This document shows positions 47,016 through 57,313 of a stretch of DNA of 64,000 nucleotides, piece by piece. The stretch is from NCBI GenBank assembly GCA_964482205.1, contig CAYZWI010000003.1, positions 83,126 through 147,125 of the forward strand. Reading direction: 5' to 3'. The number at the start of each line of letters is the position of its first letter. Position 1 is the stretch's first letter. The stretch is from an uncultured bacterium. GTDB taxonomy: Bacteria > Eisenbacteria > RBG-16-71-46 > CAIMUX01 > WJJG01. The position numbers and the translations under genes are program-made. Below the pieces are notes generated by a model. The model did not search any database. It saw only the letters and a list, made by a program, of their open reading frames with translations, and was not told the origin of the DNA.

Positions 47016-50012
47016 CTATTTCGCCAGCACCACCCGGCGCGTGAACGCTTGCCCGCGCGCATCCAGGCGCACGAAGTAGATCCCGCTTCCGAGATCGTCT
47101 CCGCGATCGTCGCGGCCGTCCCAAGCCAGTTCGGTGACGCCCGCATCCACGCGGCCGCTCGCCAGCGTGCGCACGCGCCGGCCGGCGGCGTCGAACACCG
47201 CCACATCCACTTCCTCGCTCCCAGGCAGCGCGAGCGCGATGCGCGTCGAGCCGGCGAAGGGATTCGGTCCGCGGGTGAAGAGGGCGATGGCAAGATCGCC
47301 TTCGCGCGGACCGACTCCAGAGAAGGCGTCGCCGGTGTCGAAGGCGATGTCGTCGATCCAGAAGCCGGGGCCGTTCACTCCTTGGTCGGAGCCGAACAGC
47401 ACGCGGAAGGAAAGATGCGACGAAATGTACGGCGTGAGATCGAAGACCGTTCCCACCCAACCGCCGGTCGATCCCGACCATCCGTCGCGATAGTCCAATC
47501 CGCCCAACGTCGCCGAGCCGTATCCCGGCAGCGGAACGATCGGCACCCAAGCAGAAGTGCTCGCATCCCACACATCCACGGCCGCGCCGTCGTAGTCCGC
47601 TTCGGTCTCGCACCAGTAGTGAAAGCTGAGCTTCAACTCCTGCACGCCTGAGAAATCGTAGGAAGGGCTGGTCAAGTAGCCGCTCACATCGTCGTCGTAG
47701 TCGCCGTTCATGCCCACGCCCCAGCAACGCGCGCCGCTGAAGCCCCCGGTCGGCCCATCCGCTCCCACGGGCGTACCGCGCGACCAGATCGGATCGCCGG
47801 TGAATCCGTTCGCCCCGGATTCGAAATCCGCCGTCACCGCCGGCAACTGCAGGAAAATGCCGTAGTCGAAGCGCGCGGGACGCTCGACTGCGACGCTGGC
47901 GAATTCCGCGCCGTGGCCGGGCCGGCCGTCGAAGAGAAACGCGTAGGTGTGTCCCATCGGAAAGCCGTCGATCGCCCAATCGCCCTGCAGATCGGTCGAG
48001 GTCGCACCGATGGGAACGCCTTGCGGAGCGACGCGTACGCCGGGCAGAGGCGTGACGCCGTCGTCGCTGATCACGCTCCCGCCGATTTCCACCGTCGGGC
48101 GCAGCGCGAGGGCGGCGTCCTGCGTCGTCGTCTGCCCGCCCGCGATCTCGATCGGCAAGCTCATCTCTTCGTACAAGAACGAATCGAATTCGAGGGTGTA
48201 GCTGTCCGCGCGCAGGGGAATGGCGTAGTCGCCATTGGAGGCCGTGACGGCGTACGCTCCCGTCTCGGGAATGCGCACATCGATTCCCGCGAGCGGCTGC
48301 CCCGTTCCTTGCGCCGTCACCGTGCCGGCGACTCTGCCGATGCCCGACTGCGCTTCCGCCCAGGCCGCGGTCAAGTGCGGCCGCGGTCCGATGTGGGCCG
48401 TTCCCGTTTGCGGTGTGCCGGTCTCAACCAAGATCTCGCGCGCCAGATGCGCGTCCAGCGGAATGCCGAAAGCGGCTTTGACCATGCCCTGCAGCGAAGC
48501 CACCGATCCGGCGACGATCGGAGTCGCGCTGGAAGTGCCGGAAAAGGTGTCGGTGTACCATTCCGTTTCGTCGCCGTCTTGCAGATTGCCGTATCCGCAA
48601 GTCACGACATTGTATCCCCATCCGTGCAGATCCACGCGCGCGCCGTAGTTCGTGAAGCCCGCCGGCTCGAGGCTCGAGCCGTCGCTCGCTCCGCAGAGAA
48701 TCGCGCCCGAATCGCGCGCCTCGCGGTCGAACAGGCTTCCGTACACCGGATCGTCATAGTTCTGCGAACCGTTGCCCGCCGCTTCGCAGCAGATCCTTCC
48801 ATTGGCCGTGGCGATCTGGATCGCTTCGAAATTGTCCAGCCAGAATTCCATGCAGACATACCCGAACTGCCCTTCGCCGGTCGCATTGGGACCGGGCGCG
48901 TGCAGCTCGATCACGAAGATGTCGCCGGGGGCGAGCTGCGCCGAAGCGGTGTTGATCGCGTCGGCCACCGAAAGCTCGGCGATCGACACGCCACCGATTT
49001 GCGCGAGATTCGCGATGCCGCTCACGCCGTACGAATTGCTCGTGCCTCGAATCTCGCCCATGACCGCCGTGCCGTGGTTGCGCCAGCTCGCATCCGTCAT
49101 CTCGCCGCCCGCCGTGAAGAAGGGCGTCACGAGGTCTTCGTGGTCCCACAGCCAAGCCCCTTCGATGTCGATCAACTTCACCGTCTGACCGCGTCCGCCC
49201 GCGATCGTCCACACGCCTTCCGCGTCGACGCCGAGGGGCGCGGGATCGAGATAGCCCTGCTGATCGACGAAACTGGGAGTGGGCAGCAACGCGCCCGCCG
49301 GGATGGCGGCCTCGCGGCCAAGCGTCCGCACGCGCGCATCCAGCGAAGGGGCCTGCACGATCGCGTGCGCGCGCATTTCCTCTGCGGCCGCATGAGGATC
49401 GTACCGGCCGGTGAAGGCATCGAAGCCGAGCGCCGCGGGAACGGCGACCGGCTCGAGAAAGGCCGCTTCCACAGCCGGATCGGCCGAGAGCTCGGCGACC
49501 ATGTCGAGGAGCTCCGCGCGCGAGAGCGAACGCGAAGGAACGATCTGCGCGTAACGATTCAGATCGGGAAGCGCGCGCCCCGAGCGACGCTCCGCTTCTT
49601 GCCGCTCGGCGTCGAGATCGTCCGCCGAACGCGAGAAGTGACGCTGCAGGCGCACATCGCCGTGCGCGGCCCGCAAGCGGTCGAGCAATCCACGCACGCG
49701 CTCCAGTTGGGGCGCCGCGGCTTCCGGACCCTCCTCCTTCATGCGCACGCCCGTCGATGCGGCGAACTTGACGACGATCCGTCCCGAAGGAGCGGGCGTT
49801 TGGAGCGCAAGGTGGCGATCGATGGAGAGCTTCGAGGCGCGGCCCGGATTCGGGCTGTGCGGACGAGCGGTCGGGCTGTTCGAACGGGCGGCGCGCGATT
49901 CGAGCGCAGGAGTAAGCTCAGGGGAATGGGCCAGGGCCGACAGCATCGGCACGCAGGCGAGAAGCGCGATGAGGGGCAGGAAGAACGCCACGATGCGGCG
50001 CAAGTCCTTCAT
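47016..50012 (-). CDS. Secreted S8 subtilisin-family peptidase with carboxypeptidase-regulatory-like domains and a T9SS/FlgD-Ig-like C-terminal sorting domain
   Basis: Signal peptide MKDLRRIVAFFLPLIALLACVPMLSALA. Subtilase His (NHGTAVMG) and Ser (GTSSATPIVAG) motifs. CarboxypepD_reg-like segments are present. The C-terminal 85 aa (PNPFAGSTRIALALP...GIYFVRLDARGQAFTRRVVLAK) match the Por-secretion-tail/FlgD-Ig pattern. Confidence 0.8.
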   Translation of the reverse strand: MKDLRRIVAFFLPLIALLACVPMLSALAHSPELTPALESRAARSNSPTARPHSPNPGRASKLSIDRHLALQTPAPSGRIVVKFAASTGVRMKEEGPEAAAPQLERVRGLLDRLRAAHGDVRLQRHFSRSADDLDAERQEAERRSGRALPDLNRYAQIVPSRSLSRAELLDMVAELSADPAVEAAFLEPVAVPAALGFDAFTGRYDPHAAAEEMRAHAIVQAPSLDARVRTLGREAAIPAGALLPTPSFVDQQGYLDPAPLGVDAEGVWTIAGGRGQTVKLIDIEGAWLWDHEDLVTPFFTAGGEMTDASWRNHGTAVMGEIRGTSNSYGVSGIANLAQIGGVSIAELSVADAINTASAQLAPGDIFVIELHAPGPNATGEGQFGYVCMEFWLDNFEAIQIATANGRICCEAAGNGSQNYDDPVYGSLFDREARDSGAILCGASDGSSLEPAGFTNYGARVDLHGWGYNVVTCGYGNLQDGDETEWYTDTFSGTSSATPIVAGSVASLQGMVKAAFGIPLDAHLAREILVETGTPQTGTAHIGPRPHLTAAWAEAQSGIGRVAGTVTAQGTGQPLAGIDVRIPETGAYAVTASNGDYAIPLRADSYTLEFDSFLYEEMSLPIEIAGGQTTTQDAALALRPTVEIGGSVISDDGVTPLPGVRVAPQGVPIGATSTDLQGDWAIDGFPMGHTYAFLFDGRPGHGAEFASVAVERPARFDYGIFLQLPAVTADFESGANGFTGDPIWSRGTPVGADGPTGGFSGARCWGVGMNGDYDDDVSGYLTSPSYDFSGVQELKLSFHYWCETEADYDGAAVDVWDASTSAWVPIVPLPGYGSATLGGLDYRDGWSGSTGGWVGTVFDLTPYISSHLSFRVLFGSDQGVNGPGFWIDDIAFDTGDAFSGVGPREGDLAIALFTRGPNPFAGSTRIALALPGSEEVDVAVFDAAGRRVRTLASGRVDAGVTELAWDGRDDRGDDLGSGIYFVRLDARGQAFTRRVVLAK

Positions 50013-50489
50013 GGAGAATCCTCCGGAGTTGTCGGACCTCGAGAAGCGAAGCAACGAGGGGGCATACACCAGCCCGGCGACCTCGATTCCATTGTAGCAG
50101 AAGCGGGTGACTGCCCGCGCCGGCTCCGTCGCCCCTGTGTTCGGCCGGTCACAGAATGCCCGGAAATCGGGCCGAAAGCTGCCATTTCCAGGCGCCGGCG
50201 AGCCTCGGTCCCAACTCACGCCCCCATCGTGAAAGATCCTTCCGCTCAGCCAATCCAAGTGCAACGGCAGGAGCGGCGCAGGAGCCGGGTATTCCGGCTC
50301 CGCGATCGAGAAGAATTCTTCTTGTCGCCGATGTTCCCCTCTCCCGCTCCTTGCGATAGAATCTCCCGTTCGTGACATCCATGTTCACTCGAAATCGGGG
50401 GGACCTCCATGCATTGTAGATTCTCCGGCCGCTGCTCGCGCTTCTCGTCCTGGTTTCGTGCGTCTCGATGGTCGCGATCGAGCCTGGCG

Positions 50490-52286
50490 ATGTCCGCCCT
50501 CATCCTGTTGACGGGAATCGTTCTGGTCGCTTTCCTGCATCCCATGGGGAACGCGGGCGCCGCGTCGACCCGCCCGAATCCCTTGCAGGAGCGCGCCGAT
50601 CGCTTTCTCGCCCTCGTGAACAGCGGCTATCAGGCTCTGCGCACCCTGGAGCACGAAACCACCTGGACCGCGGAGACGGATGTGACTCCGGAGCATGACG
50701 CCGCCGCCGCCGCCGCGAGCAAGGCCTTGGCCGCCTTCAATGGAAATCCCGAGATCATCACCGAAGCGCGCGAGCTCCTGGCGCACGAACGCGAGCTCGA
50801 CCCGGTGACCGTGCGCCAGTTGCGCCAGGCGCTCCTCAATGCGGCCGAGGGGCCGATGACCAACCCCGAACTCGTCGCTGCCCGCATCGATGCCGAGACG
50901 GCGCAGACTTCCACCTTGAACAGTTTTCCCTTCGTGCTTCAAGGACAGCCGGTTTCCACGAATCAAATCGACGATCGCTTGATCGAGTCCACCGACCTGG
51001 CCGAGCGGCTCGCCGTTTGGGAGGCGTCGAAGATGTCGGGCCCCGCGCTCAAGCCGGGTCTCGTGAAGCTGCAGCCGCTGCGCAACGGAGTCGCCCGCGA
51101 ACTGGGCTATCACGATTACCTCGCGCTTCAGGCGGCCCGTCACGATCTCACGGTCGCGGAGTTGCTCGCGCTCGAGGAAGAGTTCCTCGAGGTGCTCCAG
51201 CCGCTCTACCTGCAGATCCACACCTGGGCCAAACACGAATTGGCGCGCCGCTACGGGCAGCCGGCGCCCGAGAAGATCCCCGCCCACTGGATCACCAATC
51301 GATGGGCGCAGGAATGGAACGGCATGCTGCCGACGCCTGGAATGAGCAAGGCCTTCGAGAATCGTTCGCCCGAATGGGTCGTGCAAACGGCCGAGCGCTT
51401 CTATACGAGCATGGGGCTTCCGTCGCTGCCCGCGTCGTTTTGGGAGAAGTCGGACCTCTATCCGGTGCCGCCCGGCGACGCGCGCAAGAAGAATACGCAC
51501 GCCTCCTGCTGGAGCATCGATCTCGGCCTGGACATCCGGTCGTTGATGAGCGTGGAGGCTGACGAGTACTGGTTGGCGACCGCGCATCACGAGCTCGGTC
51601 ACGCCTACTACGACATGGCCTATTCGAAGCCGCCGATTCCCTTCCTGCTTCGCACCGGCGCGAGCCCGGCGATGCACGAGGCATTCGCGGGTCTGGGCGA
51701 GATGGGGGGCAGGCAGGTTCCCTATTTGAAATCGCTCGGGCTTCTGGCGGAGGGCCCCGACGACGAAATCGCCTTCCTGCTTCGCGATGCGCTCAACAAC
51801 ATCCCCTTCATGTTCTTCGCCTCGGGGACGATGACCCACTGGGAAGCCGATCTCTATGCGAACGAGTTGCCGCCCGATCAGTGGAACGCGCGCTGGTGGG
51901 AATATGTCGAGCGCTTCCAAGGCGTCGAGCCGCCCGCGCCGCGCGGCGAGGAATTCTGCGACGCGGCCACCAAGACGCACATCAACACGAATCCCGGCTA
52001 CTATTTCTCCTACACGATCGCGACAGTGATGAGCTACCAGCTGCACGATCACATCGCCCGCAAGGTTCTCCACGAAGATCCGCGCCATTGCATGTACGCG
52101 GGACGAACGGAAGTGGGCGAGTTCCTGCTGAGCATGCAACGCTGGGGCGCGACGCGCGACTGGCGCGCGCTGCTGCGCGAGGCGACGGGCGAGGATCTCT
52201 CCACACGCGCGATGCTCGAATACTACCAGCCGCTCATGACCTGGCTGGAGGAGCAGAACAAGGGACGGAAGATCGGGTGGGATTGA
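50490..52286 (+). CDS. M2-family peptidyl-dipeptidase (angiotensin-converting-enzyme homolog)
   Basis: Signal anchor MSALILLTGIVLVAFL. ACE-like N-terminus ADRFLALVNSGYQALRTLEHETTWTAETDVT. Zinc motif HHELGHAYYDMAY with downstream HEAFAGLGE. Confidence 0.75.
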   Translation: MSALILLTGIVLVAFLHPMGNAGAASTRPNPLQERADRFLALVNSGYQALRTLEHETTWTAETDVTPEHDAAAAAASKALAAFNGNPEIITEARELLAHERELDPVTVRQLRQALLNAAEGPMTNPELVAARIDAETAQTSTLNSFPFVLQGQPVSTNQIDDRLIESTDLAERLAVWEASKMSGPALKPGLVKLQPLRNGVARELGYHDYLALQAARHDLTVAELLALEEEFLEVLQPLYLQIHTWAKHELARRYGQPAPEKIPAHWITNRWAQEWNGMLPTPGMSKAFENRSPEWVVQTAERFYTSMGLPSLPASFWEKSDLYPVPPGDARKKNTHASCWSIDLGLDIRSLMSVEADEYWLATAHHELGHAYYDMAYSKPPIPFLLRTGASPAMHEAFAGLGEMGGRQVPYLKSLGLLAEGPDDEIAFLLRDALNNIPFMFFASGTMTHWEADLYANELPPDQWNARWWEYVERFQGVEPPAPRGEEFCDAATKTHINTNPGYYFSYTIATVMSYQLHDHIARKVLHEDPRHCMYAGRTEVGEFLLSMQRWGATRDWRALLREATGEDLSTRAMLEYYQPLMTWLEEQNKGRKIGWD

Positions 52287-52425
52287 GCCTCACGCGCATG
52301 GATGGCGCTGGTCAGCCATATCTGATATTTCATAACTAATTGCATGGTTTGAAGTTATTCCTTCGATCCTGCTTCTGGAGCCGAGCGCGCCGTCTGATGC
52401 CTGACATGCAGATAGAGGTTTTTCC

Positions 52426-52454
52426 TGGATTTTCTCTCAAAAGCCCGGTAGAAT
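52426..52454 (+). promoter_or_regulatory. Putative sigma70-like promoter for secreted paralog A
   Basis: TGGATT-N17-TAGAAT. It follows the only AT-rich island in the window (52322-52372) and precedes the conserved approximately 45-bp leader shared with paralog B. Confidence 0.25.
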
Positions 52455-52527
52455 CTTGATGTGCGGCCCAATCAAGGGCCCGTGCTGCAGCCGGTCCAAG
52501 CACCTTTAGCTAGTGGAGGGAAGAGAC

Positions 52528-53202
52528 ATGAAGAAACTGCTACTGCTGACTGCGATGGCCCTGCTCGCGGCCTCCCCCGCGTTTGCGGAGACCGCGTCCA
52601 AGGACGGCACGCCCATCGAGGTGAATCCGGGAACACCGAATGAGGCGAGCCTGACCCGCGCGCTCTTCGAGTACAACACCGGTGGAGCCATTGATGTCGT
52701 TCCGACCATGGGCGGTTCCGCGACGGGTTGGTCCGAGTGGGCGATCGCCTTCGTTGCGAATGGGACAGGCGACGATCTGCTCCTCACGGAGATCTCCTGG
52801 CCGTGCGGCGGCCCTGCCAGCGGTCCGTATGGATGGATCATCTGGACTGGAACGGGCGGAGTCCTTCCGGGTGCCGCTTCCACGGCGGACTACTTCGGAC
52901 CTTACACGCCGGACAATCCCGACGGCACGACCTATCCGCCTCTCGATTACACCTATGTGGACATTTCCGCTGCGGCCGTGCCCTTCCTGGCCGGTGACAT
53001 GATCTGCTTCGGCATGGACAACACCGGCATCATGGGCCAGGTCAGCTACAATGGCGTGGAGACCTGGGGCTGGTATAGCGGGATGTGGGACAGTGATGCC
53101 CCCTATAGCCGTACCACAGTCCTTCAGATCAAGGCTGATCTCGAAGGCCCGGTGCCTGCGGATGTCAACAGCTGGGGCCAGGTGAAGGAGCTCTTCCAGT
53201 AG
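52528..53202 (+). CDS. Small secreted Thr/Gly/Pro-rich protein, paralog A (unknown function)
   Basis: Good RBS (GGAGGGAAGAGAC-ATG). Signal peptide MKKLLLLTAMALLAASPAFA. It is about 75% identical to the product of 57314-57985. Confidence 0.7.
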   Translation: MKKLLLLTAMALLAASPAFAETASKDGTPIEVNPGTPNEASLTRALFEYNTGGAIDVVPTMGGSATGWSEWAIAFVANGTGDDLLLTEISWPCGGPASGPYGWIIWTGTGGVLPGAASTADYFGPYTPDNPDGTTYPPLDYTYVDISAAAVPFLAGDMICFGMDNTGIMGQVSYNGVETWGWYSGMWDSDAPYSRTTVLQIKADLEGPVPADVNSWGQVKELFQ

Positions 53203-53227
53203 TCGATCCTCACAGGGTCTGAGATTC

Positions 53228-53265
53228 GGGATGCCCGGCTTGCGGGCATCCCGTTCTCTTTGTGG
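53228..53265 (+). terminator. Rho-independent terminator downstream of paralog A
   Basis: Perfect hairpin GGGATGCCCG-gcttg-CGGGCATCCC followed by a T-rich tract (gttctctttgt). Confidence 0.6.
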
Positions 53266-53432
53266 CTCATGGTCGCAGCTCTTGCATCCGCTTCTCGTTG
53301 GCCTCGAGCCGCCGCGGCCCGGCACTCTGAACGCCGCAAGCATCGTCTGCATCCTGCGCTTCTCCTTGGCCGGAATCGCGGCGGCAACAAATGCATTCCG
53401 GTTCCTTCCACCACGATCCATAATTCTCGGAC

Positions 53433-55406
53433 ATGCCGACCCATCCCACAGCCGCCCGGACCCTGGTCCGCTCCGAGGGCCGCCTGACGAACTCTCCCTC
53501 GACGCGTGCGAGCGCTCTGTTGGCTGCCTCCTGCACGATCGCTGCCGCCGGCCTGTATGCCTGCACGGCCGCGCGGACCATCTTCGTCGGGGACAGCGCC
53601 GAACTGGCCGGTGCCGCCGCGTGCTTCGGCGTTCCACATCCTCCTGGATATCCGCTCTACACGCTGACGACCGGCCTCTGGACGCATTTCTTCCCCACTT
53701 CTTTGCGCGACTTCGCCGCGAACCTCGCTTCGGGATTGCACGCGGCTCTTGCGGCCGGCCTTGTCGCGCTGCTGCTCGCCCGCGCGGCCTTCTCGACGAG
53801 CGCGGTCCTGGCCGCCGCCGCGATCCTGGCCTTGGGACGATCCACCTGGGCCCAGGCCGTTGCCGCGGAGGTGTACGCGTTCGACATCCTTCTGCTGGCT
53901 GTCTCCATCGTCGCCATCGTGCATGCTCGGAAGAGCGACCGCGCGACCGACGAGATGATGGCGGGGCTGGCCCTCGGCCTCTGGCTCGGACATCGCCCGC
54001 TGAATTTCCTCTATCTTCCCGCGATCTGGCTCCTCGCTCAGGGATTGGCCGCGTCGAGCACGCACCATGCCGCACGCGGCTTCGAGAACGGCCGCAGTCT
54101 TCGCCATATCTGGCGGCGCACCCGCTCGTACTTGCTGGGTGTGTTCGGATCCTCGCTCGTGTACTTGTACTTGCCGATCGCGAGCCGCGCGAACCCGCCG
54201 ATCGACATCGGCGATCCGGAATCGTTCGGTCGCTTTCTGGAGGTCGTTCGGGGGGCGCCGTATGTCCGCCATGTGGACGCGTTCCCTCTCTCCGCCGCAG
54301 CCACGCGGATGATCCATCATGTATGTGCGCTCCCGTTCGAAGCGGGCTTCGGCCTGATCCTCGCCGTCGTCGGACTCCTTTCGCTTCGATCGTCGGACAC
54401 CGGCAGACGGCGTCTCTCGCAGGGCGCTGCGTTGCTCTTGATCTTGAATCTGCTGCTCGTCTCGGCGTATCGAGTGCTCGATGTCGCGAGCTTCCGGCTG
54501 CCTGGCGCGCTTGCGATCGCGATCCTCGGCGCGCTCGGCGCCGAACGGCTGCTGGCCTTCCTCGGCCGAGCGCGGGCAACAGATCGATCGATGGCGAAGT
54601 CCGCATGGAATCCGGCAGGCGCGGCCATCGTTCTGCTGTGCGCGCTCAGCTTGCCGCTCAATTTCCGCACCAATGATCTGCACCGGGACGACGCGGCGCG
54701 CGTGTACGGCGAACAACTCCTGCGCGGCGTCCCGCACTCGGCGCTGCTTCTCACCCAGGGCGACACGGTCACGCATGTGCTTTGGTATCTGCAGGGCATC
54801 GAAGGCCAACGCACCGATCTTCTGCTGGTTTCCACGGGGCATGCGTCCGAATGGTACTTCGATCAACTCGCTCGCCGTTCCGCGGTCGGTTTTCCGCGCC
54901 TCCCTTCCGGGCAGCATCCCGAAGACGCCTACCGGGCGCTTCTCGAAAGCCAGGGAGCGACGCGGCCGGTCGCGTTCACCTTCAGCCCGGCCCTCTTTGC
55001 GGAACGGACGATGGGGCCTTGGTGGCAGGACCGCACGGTCGTGCCTTCCGGATTGGCGCTCACCGCGCCGAGAAGCGCGTCGCTGGACCGCGACTCCCTG
55101 GCCGCCGCGAATGTGACCTTGTGGAATGATCTTCGTTCATCGCTGCCGGGCGTGCGTGAAGCCGCCGACCTGGAGACGCAGGCCATCGGTTTGGCGTATG
55201 CTGTCGCCATGCAGCGGACCGCCGAGTTTCTCGAGCGCAGAGGAAGAGGCGCAGAGGCGCGCGATCTCTATCGATCGATCCTCGCCTTGCGGCCGGACCG
55301 TTGGGCGAGCGCCATCGCGCGCGCGAATGCGCGCATCGGGCGGCCGTTCGAAGCGCTCGATCTGGAACGTCGCGCCCGCCTCGCAGGGCAGTCGTCAAAT
55401 CCTTAG
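53433..55406 (+). CDS. DUF2723-family (TMEM260-like, GT-C fold) polytopic membrane protein with C-terminal TPR-like domain
   Basis: DUF2723 N-terminal signature LYACTAARTIFVGDSAELAGAAACFGVPHPPGYPLYTL. More than 10 TM helices. The C-terminal region is soluble and helical. Confidence 0.7.
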   Translation: MPTHPTAARTLVRSEGRLTNSPSTRASALLAASCTIAAAGLYACTAARTIFVGDSAELAGAAACFGVPHPPGYPLYTLTTGLWTHFFPTSLRDFAANLASGLHAALAAGLVALLLARAAFSTSAVLAAAAILALGRSTWAQAVAAEVYAFDILLLAVSIVAIVHARKSDRATDEMMAGLALGLWLGHRPLNFLYLPAIWLLAQGLAASSTHHAARGFENGRSLRHIWRRTRSYLLGVFGSSLVYLYLPIASRANPPIDIGDPESFGRFLEVVRGAPYVRHVDAFPLSAAATRMIHHVCALPFEAGFGLILAVVGLLSLRSSDTGRRRLSQGAALLLILNLLLVSAYRVLDVASFRLPGALAIAILGALGAERLLAFLGRARATDRSMAKSAWNPAGAAIVLLCALSLPLNFRTNDLHRDDAARVYGEQLLRGVPHSALLLTQGDTVTHVLWYLQGIEGQRTDLLLVSTGHASEWYFDQLARRSAVGFPRLPSGQHPEDAYRALLESQGATRPVAFTFSPALFAERTMGPWWQDRTVVPSGLALTAPRSASLDRDSLAAANVTLWNDLRSSLPGVREAADLETQAIGLAYAVAMQRTAEFLERRGRGAEARDLYRSILALRPDRWASAIARANARIGRPFEALDLERRARLAGQSSNP

Positions 55407-55424
55407 CCGACAAGGCGGGACGCG

Positions 55425-57212
55425 ATGCGAACTCGGCTCGATCCGCGGGGAAGGAGAATGGGTTTGAGGATCGTCTTCTTTTCGACCATGGGATTGCTGG
55501 CCGTTCTCCTCTTCTTCCCGCCGTCAGGGGCGGCCGAGGATGCGGCCGTCTCGCTGCGCGGGTGGAGCATGACCGCCGCGGAGATCGCCAGCGAATGCGA
55601 TCGCGTGCGCGGGGCAGGCGCGTTCGATTCCCTGGACGTCGCCGCGCGGGTGGCGTTCGCTCGCACGCTCGCCGACCGCGAGATCCTCTTCCGCCTCGCC
55701 AAGAGCGAACAAGTGGCCATCGCAGGCCGCGCGCAGCGGGGATATCGAGCCGAGCACGAGAAACTGCTCATCCGCGAATTGCTGCGCGATCTTCGCGATC
55801 GCTTCCATCCCGATTCCCTGCAGGAGGCGCGCGAGTTTCCGCGCCTGCTTCGCGCCGCTCGCACGGAGCAGTTTCTCGTGATCGACAACGGCCGGGCCGT
55901 GCAAGCGGAGAACGCCTTGCGCGAAGGGCGCGACTTCGCCGAGGCGGCCAAGGAATTCTGCGATGTCCATTCCCCCGGCGGGGCGCCGGCGGCGCCGGTT
56001 CAATCGAAGGTCGTGCGCATCGACGACCGCCAGGCTCCCGTGCCGCTCTTGAAGGAATGTCTGCTGCGCGATCTGCAGCCGGGATCCGTGGGCGAGCCGG
56101 TGCGCATGCCCGAAGGCACGGTGTTCGTTCGCGTCCTCGGGTACGAGCCGCTGTCCGAGGCTTCCGATTCCTCGTGGCTCTCTCAGGCGCGACGCGCCTT
56201 CACGAATCTCCTCTGGATCGACCGCTCGCGCGAGTGGTCGGACAGCTTGAAGCAGGCGGCCGGACTGGCCACCCATCCGGAAACCTATGCGCTCATCGTG
56301 GAGCGCTTCGCTGCGATGTGGGATTCCCTGCAAGCGGCTCGCGCCGAAGGATTCCCATTCGACATCCTGTCTGTCCGCCCGCCCGCGTGGCGATTCTCTC
56401 GCGACGAGCTCGCCCTGCCCGTGTACGAGCTCCGGGGACGGGCTTTTGATGTCGCCGATTATCTCGCGGGTCTCGAGGAGATCGATGTCGAGTACTGGCC
56501 GGGAATGGTCTCGGGAACCAAGGCTCTTGAGCACTTCGAGGCGCGCGTGGAGCGCATTCTACTCGCCGAAGAAGCCAACCGCCGTGGAATCCCTTCCAGC
56601 CTTCCATTTCGTGAAGCGTTGCAGATGCTCGTAGACAAGTGGCTGCTCGAAGCCTATTTTGGATACGTGACAGCGTCGATTCCCGATCCGAGCCCCGATT
56701 CCCTCGCGGCCGCGTATCAACGCTACCGCTCGTTGCTCGCCTTCCCGGAAGCCGTCTCCTTCAGTTTGCTCAGCTATCCTCCTTCGGAAGAAGCGCGCGC
56801 GCGTGAAATCCTGCAACGATTGCGCGCGGCATCGCCCGACTCGCTGGCGGCCATCGGCCCGCGCGAAGCGCAGCAGCGTGGGGCCTGGTTCGTCGCGCGC
56901 ACGCAGCTGCGCAATGTCGCGCTCGGGCCCTTCCGTCCGGAGTTGGCCGACTACTGGCCCGTGGCGCTCGAGCTCGAAGAGAAGCAGTACTCGGACGTCT
57001 TCCGCACCTCCGCGGGAGGCTGGGCCTTCGTGCGGGTGGAGGAGCGCCGCCCTGCGCGCGACCGCACGATGGCGGAGGCGCGGCCCTACTTGCTCGTGAA
57101 GACCAAAGGGGTCGAGCAGAACCGCGCCATCGAGCGCATCCTCGAGCGCGAGCGCCTGAACATGGAGTTGCTCATTCGGCAGGAACCGCTGCGCGATTGG
57201 AGGAGGAACTGA
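55425..57212 (+). CDS. Periplasmic PpiC/parvulin-type peptidyl-prolyl isomerase chaperone (SurA/PpiD-like)
   Basis: Signal peptide MRTRLDPRGRRMGLRIVFFSTMGLLAVLLFF. Chaperone-like helical regions flank a parvulin domain (ENALREGRDFAEAAKEFCDVHSPGGAPAAPVQ...PGSVGEPVRMPEGTVFVRVLGYEP). The start follows the DUF2723 gene by 18 nt. Confidence 0.6.
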   Translation: MRTRLDPRGRRMGLRIVFFSTMGLLAVLLFFPPSGAAEDAAVSLRGWSMTAAEIASECDRVRGAGAFDSLDVAARVAFARTLADREILFRLAKSEQVAIAGRAQRGYRAEHEKLLIRELLRDLRDRFHPDSLQEAREFPRLLRAARTEQFLVIDNGRAVQAENALREGRDFAEAAKEFCDVHSPGGAPAAPVQSKVVRIDDRQAPVPLLKECLLRDLQPGSVGEPVRMPEGTVFVRVLGYEPLSEASDSSWLSQARRAFTNLLWIDRSREWSDSLKQAAGLATHPETYALIVERFAAMWDSLQAARAEGFPFDILSVRPPAWRFSRDELALPVYELRGRAFDVADYLAGLEEIDVEYWPGMVSGTKALEHFEARVERILLAEEANRRGIPSSLPFREALQMLVDKWLLEAYFGYVTASIPDPSPDSLAAAYQRYRSLLAFPEAVSFSLLSYPPSEEARAREILQRLRAASPDSLAAIGPREAQQRGAWFVARTQLRNVALGPFRPELADYWPVALELEEKQYSDVFRTSAGGWAFVRVEERRPARDRTMAEARPYLLVKTKGVEQNRAIERILERERLNMELLIRQEPLRDWRRN

Positions 57213-57313
57213 TCCGCCGCGTCACGAAGCGAAGCGGCGAGCAGACGGGAAGATGAATCCATGGCCCGGGCCGCAGCCGGTCCAAGTGCTCTCAGCTAGT
57301 GGAGGAAAGAGAC

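Noticed and set aside
44393-47044. 883-aa plus-strand ORF
   Set aside because: It is antisense to the periplasmic hypothetical protein and S41 peptidase genes, both of which have clear signal peptides and catalytic motifs. The product is R/H/D-rich with no motifs.
47913-50375. 820-aa plus-strand ORF
   Set aside because: It is antisense to the S8 subtilase, whose catalytic His/Ser motifs and signal peptide are unambiguous.
52540-54917. Overlapping 688-aa and 597-aa minus-strand ORFs
   Set aside because: They are antisense to secreted paralog A and the DUF2723 gene. Their products are extremely Arg/Ser/Pro-rich.
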